DNA of 49,799 nt, from positions 1 through 49,799 of the forward strand of contig JAXLNO010000472.1 in assembly GCA_038087875.1 (NCBI GenBank). The letters run 5' to 3'. The position numbers and the translations under genes were made by a program. Below the pieces are notes generated by a model. The model worked only from the letters and a program-made list of their open reading frames with translations. It was not told the origin of the DNA and searched no databases. Source of the stretch: Malacoraja senta. Its lineage: Eukaryota. Positions 40,473 to 49,799 of the stretch are shown here, piece after piece. Numbering within the stretch: position 1 is the first letter of the stretch; every line of letters starts with the position of its first letter.

Positions 40473-41449
40473 TTTTTGTTCCAATGCTCCCCATTCCCAA
40501 TTACTTTTACATTGAAGTGATTGAAATCCAAGTGAAGTTTAAATGGCATCAGAAAAATAAATCCTCTGGAATGGATGATATTCATTACGTGGTTGGTTGG
40601 AGTCAGTATCAGCACAATTACTATATTAAACTTTGAAACTTCAGATTTCCTGGTTCAAGCTAAAACTAAAGACAAATAATAACCTCCTCACACATTCCCC
40701 TGCAGGTATCTCTGTCACTCCTTTAAAATATGCCCCTTCTTTGATCAAGCTCTTAAACATTGCATCTGAATCAGTTTCCATCTGATTACACTCCTTAGGG
40801 ATGTTCATCTACGTGTTCAATTAATAAAACAACAAGATTGGGGACATTTCTATTCAACCTGTCAAAGGAATTTGGGGGGGGGGGTTAGAAATAGTCAGTG
40901 AGGTAAACAAACATAATAGTTGAGTGGCAAATGACAATAGTGCTACCTTCCCAATATTTAACTGAAGGAAATAATGGGTTATCGGGGCTGTACGTTGTGA
41001 CAGGCAGCCTGACAGCTTGCATGTCATTTTAATATTACACTTATCCCATCCCCTGGATATTACGGATTAATAAATTAAGGTTTTGTCAACTAATTACAAA
41101 TCAGGCTAATTACAAATCAATAACATTAGCCAACTCCGAAACAAGAAGCATTGGGATCCAGACATCACGGACAACTGTCCTCAGTTCCCCGCTCACATCT
41201 GGCAGTGCCCTCTGTCTGAACCAGGGACCATGGAGCGTTTTTGAAAGCGGGGAGGCCGAGTGATCACTGATCACTGGCCTTGGGGGTATCTGGCGAGTGA
41301 GTGGAGCAACCGAGTGGGGGGAGGGGAGTGTCCCCCTCCCACGGTAGGGACTTTTTGAAATTTGATGTCTGAAAATCATGTTTTAGTGCATTGTAGAAGT
41401 ATGATTTCAATGTTTTTTGTTTGAAGTATTTTAAAGAGGTAACTTTTTA

Positions 41450-41680
41450 AGAGGTAACTTTTTCCACACAAAGGGTGGTGTGTGTATGGAACAAGCTGCC
41501 AGAGGAGGTAGTTGAGGCACGGACTATCCCAACTTTTAAAAAACAGTTAGACTGATACATGGATAGGACAGGTTTGGAGGGATATGGACTAAAAGCATGT
41601 AGTGTAACTGGGACATTTTAGTGGGTGTGGGCAAGTTGCGCCGAAGGGCCTGTTTTCACACTGTATCACTCTATGACTAC
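41450..41680 (+). mobile_element. CR1 3' fragment inside the hAT cargo
   Basis: FFHTKGG / VWNKLPEEVVEA; tail ctctatgactac. Confidence 0.8.
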
Positions 41681-41747
41681 ATTATACCTCCACCATGCAT
41701 GAATGCTTCAAAATCGAGTAGTCGAGTTTTATTGCCATATACTCAAG

Positions 41748-42091
41748 CATAGAAACATAGAAAATAGGTGTAGGAATAGGCCATTCAGCCCTTCAAGCCA
41801 GCACTGCCATTCAATATGATCATGGCTGTTCATCTGAAATCAGTACCTCTTTCCTGTGTTTCCCCCATATCCCTTGATTTCGCTAGCCCCAAAAGCTAAA
41901 TCTAACTCTCTCTTGAAAACATCCAGTGAATTGGCCTCCACTGCCTTCTGTGGCAGAGATTTCCACAGATTCACACAACTCTCTACGTGAAGAAAGTTTG
42001 TCTTCATCGCAGTCTTAACTGTCCTACCCTTTATTCTTAAACTGTGACCCCTGGTTCTGAACTCCCCCAACATCGGGAACATTTTTCCTGC
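41748..42091 (-). mobile_element. CR1 3' fragment inside the hAT cargo
   Basis: KMFPMLGEFRTRGHSLRIKGR; same tail as 7560. Confidence 0.88.
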
Positions 42092-42197
42092 AGTTACAGT
42101 AAGTGAAAATCTAGCAGGCAAGCAGGATGCTTTCTCCAACCAGCCCCATTTGAAGGCCACTATCTTCCACCGCTTCTACCCAGTGCTTGGTACTTAC

Positions 42198-42356
42198 TTC
42201 CAGCAGCCCCTGGTTATCCTCCAGGATGCACCGAGCCGCAGCCTGATCCATGCCGGTCACCAGGACGAATTCGGCACAGAGACTCTCACGGCAGCGACGC
42301 AACGGCGCTTCCGACGCCTCCGACGGCCCGGGACTCTTGCACTGAGGTTGCTCCAT
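42198..42356 (-). pseudogene. TDP2: Captured TDP2-like first coding exon (UBA-like N-terminal region), 53 aa
   Basis: MEQ...RRCRESLCAEFVLVTGMDQAAARCILEDNQGLLE aligns by eye to recalled TDP2 KRRLLCVEFASVASCDAAVAQCFLAENDWEME; gccATGG Kozak; GAA|GTAAGT donor; no further TDP2 exons seen. Confidence 0.75.
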
Positions 42357-42959
42357 GGCCAGAGCTGCAGCAAGTGACTCACCAGCCCGGCAAACACTCG
42401 CTAGCCCAGTAAAGAATCGCCAGCACCGGCTCCCCGTCCGCATCTGTCCCCGCCGCTGCTTCTGCTTCCATCCCTCCCTCAGCCCTGGCTCTCCAACACC
42501 CGCGGCCCATGCAGTTGATGAGTTTTTAAATTTTCATTGATCACAGAATTTCTCACGAGAGCGTGAGAAATTTGTGATCAGTGTGAGAGCGTGAGAATTT
42601 GTCGAAATGCACGATTCTCATGCTCAATGCGTGAGAGTTGGCAGCCCTGCCGTATAGCCATAAGAATTTAAAAAAAGAACACAACACACGATATACTTTA
42701 ACATAAACATCCCCACACAGCGGAATCAAAGTTTCCCACTGTGAGGTTCAGTTATCCTCCTCTTTGCTGTTCACCCGTGGTCGTGGCCTCCCGAGCCCTC
42801 CGCAGTCACCACTTTTCTTTGCTTCCAGGGCCACCTCCTCCTGTACTCTTGGATGCAGACCATCAGGCCCTAGGGATTTATCTCCCAACAGTTTACCTGA
42901 CACCATTTCCAGACTAAGGTGGATTCCCTTCGGTTCCTCCCTCCCACTAGATCCTCGGT

Positions 42960-45545
42960 CCCTTAGTATTTCTGGTAATTGTTTGTGTCTTCCTTAGTGA
43001 AGACAGAACCAAAGTATTTGTTTAACTGTTCTGCCATTTTTTTGTTTCCCATTATAAATTCACCTGTCTCTGATTGTAAGGGACCTACATTTGTCTTCAC
43101 TAATCTTTTCCTTTTTACATATCTAAAGTAGCTTTTAGAGTCAGTTTTTATAAAGCTTTCTTTCATGCTCTTTTCCCCTTCTCTTAATTAACCCCTTTGT
43201 CCTCCTCTGTCGAGTTTTAAATTTCACCCAGTTCTCCGGTTTGCTGCTTCCTCTTGCCAATTTATATGCCTTTTCCTTGGATTTAACACTATCCCTGATT
43301 TCCCTCGTTAGCCACGGATGAGCAGCCTTCCCGGTTTTATTTTTTCGACAGACAGGATGAACAATCTTTGCCATTGCATCTCCATCGTCAACCCTTTAAG
43401 TATAATTTGCCCGTCTATCCTAGCTAATTCCTGTCTCATACCTTCAGTCTCCTTTCTTTAAGTTCACAACCCTAATCTCTGAATGAACCGTGTCACTTTC
43501 CATCCTAATGCAGAATTCCACCATATTATGGTTACTGTTGCCCAAGGGGTTTTGACAAACAAGATCGCTAACTAATCCTTCCTCATTACACAATACCCAG
43601 TCTAGGATGGCCGGTCCTCTAGTCGGTTCTTCTACATATTGGTTTAAAAAACCATCCTGTATACATAAAAAGCTGGAGTAAGTCAGCAGGACAGGCAGCA
43701 TCTCTGGAGAGAAGGAATGGGTGACGTTTTGGGTCGAGACCCTTCTTCAGACCAGAAACATCACCCATTCCTTCTCTCCAGAGATGCCTGTCCCGCTGAG
43801 TTACTCCAGCTTTTTGTGTCTATTCGGTTTAAACCAGCATCTGCAGTTCCTTCTTACACATCCCGTATACATTCCAGGAAATCCTCCTCCTCAGCGCTGT
43901 TACCAATTTGGTTGGCCCAATCTATATGTAGATTAAAGTCACCCGTGATATCTGCTGTACCTTTGTTACACGCATCCCTAATTTCCTGCGTGATGCTATC
44001 CCCAACCTCCCTACTGCTGTTTGGTGGTCTGTATACAACTCCAACAAGCGTTTTCTGCCCTTGGCTATTTCGCAGGTTTCCCCATACCGATTCTACAGCA
44101 TCCAAGCTAATGTCTCTCCTTTCTATTGCATTAATCTGCTCTTTAACCAGCAATGCCACCCCACCTCTTCCTCCTTTCTGTCTATCCTTCCCAAATATAT
44201 TTTTCCCCCCGGTATGTTTAGCTCCCAGCCTTGGTCACCCTGGAGCCATGTTTCCATAATTCCAACTATATCATATTCCTTAACTACTAATTGCACATTC
44301 AATTCATTCACCTTATTATGAATGCTCCTCGCATAAAGACAAAGCTTTCAGGTTTGTTTTTCTTATCTTCCTTCTACCTTTTGTTTCTGCCCTCCTTTTA
44401 TGTCCCTCTGTCTCCTTGCATTGGTTCCCATTATGTCCCTCTGTCTCCTTGCATTGGTTCCCTGTTAGTTCAAATCTGACCTTCCCTACACTCTCTTCCC
44501 CGTTAACTGCACACATATGCTTCTACGTTGTTGACTCCACCCCCATGTTTAGTTTAAACCCACCCGTGCAGCACAAGCAAACCTGCCGGAATATCGGACC
44601 CCCTCCAATTGTTCAACCCGTCCGTTTTGTACAGGTCACCCCTGCCCCAGAAGAGATCCCAGTGATCTAGGAATCTAAATCCCTGCCACCTGCACCAACT
44701 CCTCAGCCACACATTCAGATCTCCTTTCTTGGACCATGGGACCAGGGAGGCAACACACCTTCCTCGAGTCTCGCCTGTTGCCATAGAATCTCCTGTCCGC
44801 ACCTCTGATAATGGAGTCACCCACCACTGGCTGACGTCAGTCTCGCCGGTCGAGCCTCAGCGGCAGGTTTCGAGTCACAGACCTGTCCGCCGCTCAGACT
44901 GGAAGCGTCGACTGTCCCGACAGCTCCCAAGAGGGTGTACCTGTTTTCAAGAGGTACTTCCACCAAGGTCTCCTGCACTTGTTTCATCCCCTTCCTTTCC
45001 GTCTCTAACCATCGCGCCTCTAGTATTCTTGGAGTGACGACCTGACTGTAGGTCCTGTCCAAGAAGCTTTCCTCTTCCTGGATGGACCGCAGGTCATCCA
45101 GCTGCTGCTCCAGTTCTGTAACTCGGTGCTTAAGGAGTTGCATCGGGACACAGTTCCCACCGGTTTAGTGATCAGGGACACCAGCAGTGCCCCCTGACTT
45201 CCCATATCCTGCAACAAACACATTGCAGTAATATTCCTGCCATCATGCCAATAAGTTTAAATATTTAAATTAAATTAAACACACAACCAAATAAATGTAG
45301 TCTCCTCACCTCAGCCTCCTTGCTGAAGACTCTTGAACCAAAGACTCACACTTTACCTCCCAAGCCACTTTGCCTCCCAAGGTACTTTCACTTCACCTCA
45401 ACAAGGCCGCTCCCCTAGACCGAGCTCTACTTTATTTGCTAATCAATTGACTACTTTACTAATTAACTAACTTACCAATTAACTAATTGAGATTCTGCAG
45501 CAAATCCCCACACACGCTCCTTCAACTGCCGCTCCTCTGCCGACC
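42960..45545 (-). mobile_element. CR1 5' half: 5' UTR, ORF1 (zinc finger/coiled coil/esterase remnant) and ORF2 APE endonuclease; decayed, lacks RT
   Basis: LLKHRVTELEQQLDDLRSI; FRFLDHWDLFWGRGDLYKTDGL; YDIVGIMETWL; GVVYRPPNS; GDFNLHIDW; LNQYVEEPTRGPAILDWVL. Confidence 0.9.
43666..43860. mobile_element. Palindromic Penelope-derived short element inserted in the CR1 endonuclease
   Basis: Matches 31229-31461 with one core partly deleted. Confidence 0.78.
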
Positions 45546-47384
45546 TTGAAGTTAAGGTGATTCTTGATTCCCCTACCCTGGGTAAAAGAATCTGGACTCA
45601 CTGAAAAAAAAATCCTACTTTTCCCCTCATAATTTTACTTCGGAGTCACGTGAGTGACTACGTGAAGAAGACCCCGTCCAGCCGCACACGCGTCATTATC
45701 GATCAGACGCATAGCGTTCATGACCGTGTGTGGAGGAGCAGGAGCTCCTCCAGCGGTGAGTAAAAAGCAAAGTTAAAGTAAAAATCGGACAAGGTAAGTG
45801 GTTTCGTTTTTACTTACAGGGCGCTTTTCTTCCCGCTCAGACGTGTTGGCAGAGGTCCACACAAACTCAGAATGGAGAAAGAGCGTAGGGGAAGGAGAGG
45901 CCAGGGACGCACCGCAGGTAAAACCCCGATGCTAAGGGTAGCGGGCGTCAGGAAGAGGAGGCAGTGGCATCGAAGCCATCAACTCCTGTCACGGTCGAAT
46001 GTGCCGTTAAACTGCCAGCGGTGGGGCGCAAGGCTGGACAAAAGTCGGCCCGACCTGTAGACTCAGAAGAGTCAGACCCGGAGGTATACCCTCCTGCAGC
46101 AGAAAACGTTATGGCTGCAAGGGTCGCCAGTTTAGAGCTCCTGATGGGGATTTACAAAGAACCCCACAGGAGGAATCAGTCGGTGTTGGCCAATGGAGGA
46201 TACAGCACAGGGTGTTCCTTGGTTGGGACAGGCACAAGGGTGGCCTACAGGAGAGCCATCAGAAATGACTGTGCAAAGGTATTACAGTGGTTGGCCTACA
46301 GGAGAGCCAGTGCCAGAAATGCCTGAAAAAAGGCAGTATATGTGCTGGCCTACTGAAGAGCCAGTACCAGAAATGTCTCAAAAAGACAGTACAAATGTAC
46401 TTATGTGCCAGCACCGAAAGTTCCTAAAGGGAAAATTATGAAGCGTTGGCCTAGAGTTGAGCCAGCGCCAGCAGCACCTGAAACAGGGCTGCCTATCCGT
46501 GGGCCTATAAGAGAGCCCGCGCAGGGGGAATCTGGCATAAACTTACCTGAAACAGGGGAGCCAGAATTTACCAAACCTGAATAGGAACATCTAGATTCAG
46601 AAGATGAATTCTATGAGGATGAGAGCCCATTATCAGAGCTGAAAGTTCCTGGACTAGCACAAAAGTTTGCTGTTCCTAGAATAAAGGGGGAACCTTTGAG
46701 GGAGGAAATAGCATGACTATAAACTATCTACTCTCCCATCAGCTCCAGGAAGTAACTATGGATGAGACTATGAAACAGTACGAGGCCCAGCAAATTGTGA
46801 ATTGCTGACAGTTCCAGCAGTAAATAACTTGATTTGGGGTTATTTGAGCATTGGTTTACGCTCACAAGAATTGAAATTGCAACGTGTATTGAAATTGCTG
46901 GGGTCAGGCATCACGGCATTTGCCAGAGGTTTGGATGATGATTATGTATCAGATTCACAACAAGATGCTCTAGCACTGATGTGTGGTGCACATTTTTGAA
47001 ATAAATTATATTCGTAAAAATGCAATAAGACCAAATATTCATCATAAGTATGCAGGGCTCTGCAAACCAACCAACATACAAATGCCTAAGCTGCTGTTTG
47101 GAGAAAATCTAGCAAAGAAGCTAAAAGGACTTGAATGAAGAGTCAAGAACCTTGAGTGGCATGATGATGAAACCACCGATGATGAGCAGAGCGGTGCGAA
47201 GGCAGTATCCCTACAGGCGGGATACTGGTGCTGGAGAAGGAACAAGCCGATCATTCTCGTATACACGTTGGCGTGCTGCACCGGGGATACGTGGAGGTTA
47301 CAATGTGCCTACCAGAAGCGGACAATTGCCGGTGGCAAACCCCGAGGTAGGGGGTCCTGGTCTGGTAAGGAATACAATAAATGT

Positions 47385-49271
47385 TTCACATTCACAAGTA
47401 GGGGGAAGGTTACGATTCTTCCTAAAAGAATGACAGTTAATAACAAATGATTAATTTATTCTAAATAGCATTGTAGGATTCAAAATTGAGTTTCTATCCA
47501 CATTTGGATCCTCCAAGGCAAGAAAATTCAAACTGGTCACGAATTTTCTCAAAAGAAGAGAACAAGTTGATCAAAGGAGAATTAGAAACTTAAACCAAAA
47601 AGGGGGTAATAGAGAAGTCAGTAGAACAACACCATCAGTTTGTATCAAATATTTTTCCAAGAACAAAAAAGGATGGTGGATGTAGAATCATATTTATATC
47701 TGACAAATCTTAACCTTTATGTACAATACAAACATTTCAAATGGAAACATTTACTAATGCAATTCAGCTAATCACAGAAAATTGCTACATGGCAAGCATA
47801 GATCTGCAAGATGCATATTATTCCGTGGCAATGCATGGTAATGATCAAAGATATTTGAAATTTAGATGGATGTCAGTTATGGCAATTTAAAGCATTGCCC
47901 AATGGTCTGACTTCAGCACCAAGATTATTCACTAAATTGCTCAAACCAATTTTAGCTCTGTTAAGAGCTGAGGGCCATGTATTAATGGCTTATTTAGAGG
48001 ATATCCTCATTGTAGGGGACACTTTGGCTGCTGCAAAATTGTCAGTATCCAGAGTCAAATACATTTTTGAGAAATTAGGTTTCATTATTCACCTACAAAA
48101 ATCTAAATTGTTACCAAGCAAAAAGATTGATTACCTAGGGTTCACAATTAACTCCGAACACATGGTAATCACTTTGCCAAAAGATAAAAGCTGCAGTTAA
48201 TTGAAGGTTGCATAAAACTCATTAACGAGGACACACCTTCAATTAGAGAAGTGGCAAGCTTGCTAGGCAAATTAATTGCAGGGTTTCCAGCGGTCACGTT
48301 TGGACCATTGCATTATCAATGTTTACAGAGAGCTAAGGTACAAGCGTTAAAAATGAATAGAGGGCATTTTGACAGGCCATGAATTTACAATTTAATCCAT
48401 TACAGAAATAGAATGGTGGATTAACAATGTTTCTAATGCTTCCAGAAAAGTTCTGGTAGAAACACCTTCCGTAACTCTACAGACTGATGTAAGTGCGCTG
48501 GGTTGCGGCGCTACTGACATGATTTCCAGCTGTGAGGTAGGTGGAATGTGAATGAAGTACCTTTGCTGGAAAATCTGGGAATCAATTACCTAGAGCTATT
48601 AGGCGCATTTTACGGCCTTAGAGCTTATTGCACTGATATGGGAAATGTGAATGTTCAGGTACAGGTTGACAATACTACAGCTGTAGCATACATAAATCAC
48701 ATGGGTGGAATAAAATCAGAATCATGTGATAAATTAGCGAATGAAATTTGGACCTGGTGTATTGCCAGGAAAATTTGGCTGTCAGCAATATATTTACCAG
48801 GTAAATTTAATACAATTACAGACAAAAGATCATGTAAATTTAATGATAATACAGAATGGATGTTAAATCGGAAAATATTCACACAAATTATCACACAATT
48901 TGGAATGCCAGAAATTGATCTGTTTGCATCAAGATTGAACCACCAGTTTGCCTAAGTATGTGTCATGGGAACCTGATCCTGGAGCAGTAGCGGTGGATGC
49001 TTTCTCGCCACATTGGGGTGGTATGTTTCTGTATGCATTTCTGCCATTTTGTTTAATCCACAGATGCATACAGAAAATTAAACAAGATTCAGCCTCAGGG
49101 ATTTTGGTAGTACCAGATTGGCCTAAACAGCTATGGTACCCACTGGTGTTAAAAATAATCAAAAAAACCCTTATGGTTATTCCAAAGCAGATTAAACTGT
49201 TTGTACACCCTGTGACTGATGAACCACATCCTTTACATGATCATATTGGTTTGTTGATTTGCAGATTCTAA
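47385..49271 (+). pseudogene. DIRS pol (RT-RNase H-methyltransferase), frameshifted
   Basis: MASIDLQDAYYSV, LPNGLTSAPRLFTKLLKP, YLEDIL, YLGFTINS; LQTDVSALG, INYLELLG, VDNTTAVAYINHMGG; PEIDLFASRLN, YAFLPF, VVPDWPKQLWYP. Confidence 0.9.
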
Positions 49272-49799
49272 GAAGGCCATATCTTGGAAAAGGATTATCA
49301 GACCGTACGGTGGATGTTATAACAACAGCCTGGAGGAATAGTACCCAGAAGCAGTACATCTCCTATATAAAGAAATGGGAGGAGTTTTGTTCAGGGAAAC
49401 ATATTGCATATAACCCAGCAGAAATTTCAAATATAATAGAGTTCCTTTCTACTCTATACTATGAATTAAAATTAAATTATAGTGCAATTAATACTGCACG
49501 AAGTGCACTCTCTGCATATTTAAGCAGTGAATCAGAACAAACTCCAATAGGAGCACATCCTTGGGTCTGTAGGTTAATGAAAGGAATTTTCAACTCTAAT
49601 CCTCCCAGACCTAGGTATACAGAAATTTGGAATGTAAAAGATGTACTGATGTTGCTAAGGAATTGGAATCCAGTTGAAACTCTGTCATTATCCAAAATCA
49701 CCATGAAATTGGTTATGCTCATGGCATTAGTTTCAGCTCAGAGAGTTCAAACATTACAGAAACTCAGAATTGATAGAATGAAAGTAGGGCCAAATGCCG
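49265..49799 (+). CDS. DIRS tyrosine recombinase N-terminal part (open frame to window end)
   Basis: Manual translation: AWRNSTQKQYISYIKKWEEFC...YSAINTARSALS...IGAHPWVCRLMKGIFNSNPPRPRY..W...KLVMLMALVSAQRVQTL (first catalytic Arg region). Confidence 0.85.
   Translation, partial: MLRRPYLGKGLSDRTVDVITTAWRNSTQKQYISYIKKWEEFCSGKHIAYNPAEISNIIEFLSTLYYELKLNYSAINTARSALSAYLSSESEQTPIGAHPWVCRLMKGIFNSNPPRPRYTEIWNVKDVLMLLRNWNPVETLSLSKITMKLVMLMALVSAQRVQTLQKLRIDRMKVGPNA

Larger units (their letters stand above)
39307..42649. mobile_element. Non-autonomous hAT-like element carrying genomic cargo (Pack-type)
   Basis: Perfect 13-bp TIRs cagggctgccaac / gttggcagccctg; 8-bp TSD ccgcacag vs ccgtatag; (gc)gtgaga subterminal repeats; flanks rejoin into one retroelement tail. 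Confidence 0.85.
45625..49799 (+). mobile_element. DIRS1-like tyrosine-recombinase retrotransposon, decayed, running off the window
   Basis: Domain order gag-like, RT, RNase H, Dam-like methyltransferase, YR; hairpin-like left end cttc-ggagtcac-gtga-gtgactac-gtgaag; left boundary approximate. Confidence 0.92.

Noticed and set aside
42111..42443. Complete single-exon gene or the genuine TDP2 locus
   Set aside because: Similarity stops exactly at a splice donor, no catalytic-domain exons were seen downstream, and the exon lies inside transposon TIRs within ANKH.
42198..49799. Functional link between the TDP2 fragment and the neighbouring DIRS tyrosine recombinase
   Set aside because: Only the non-catalytic N-terminal exon is present, TDP2 mainly resolves 5'-phosphotyrosine whereas tyrosine recombinases form 3' linkages, and the two are separate insertions with a CR1 between them.

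Overview
Eukaryotic, repeat-rich vertebrate DNA, most likely a cartilaginous fish (skate/ray-type CR1, V-SINE and Penelope-derived repeats; species is an inference). The only host gene is ANKH on the minus strand: coding exons 2-5 (217, 119, 84, 171 nt, all GT-AG) lie at 21105-21321, 15807-15925, 5333-5416 and 1311-1481. Exons 1 and 6+ were not found, so 21.3-49.8 kb is probably intron 1. The introns hold nested transposons: L1, L2, many CR1s, Rex1/Babar, Penelope remnants, SINEs, a Harbinger-like MITE, a non-autonomous Helitron, a split Tc1 with a solo LTR, and a decayed DIRS1 tyrosine-recombinase retrotransposon. The most notable object is a 3.3-kb hAT-like element (39307-42649; 13-bp TIRs, degenerate 8-bp TSD) that appears to have captured the GC-rich first coding exon of TDP2. 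That exon lies on the ANKH strand and ends in a phase-0 donor that could splice in frame to ANKH exon 2. A dispersed palindromic repeat family carries minimal hammerhead-ribozyme cores on both strands. All family assignments are by eye and from recalled motifs; no searches were run, and boundaries of decayed repeats are approximate.
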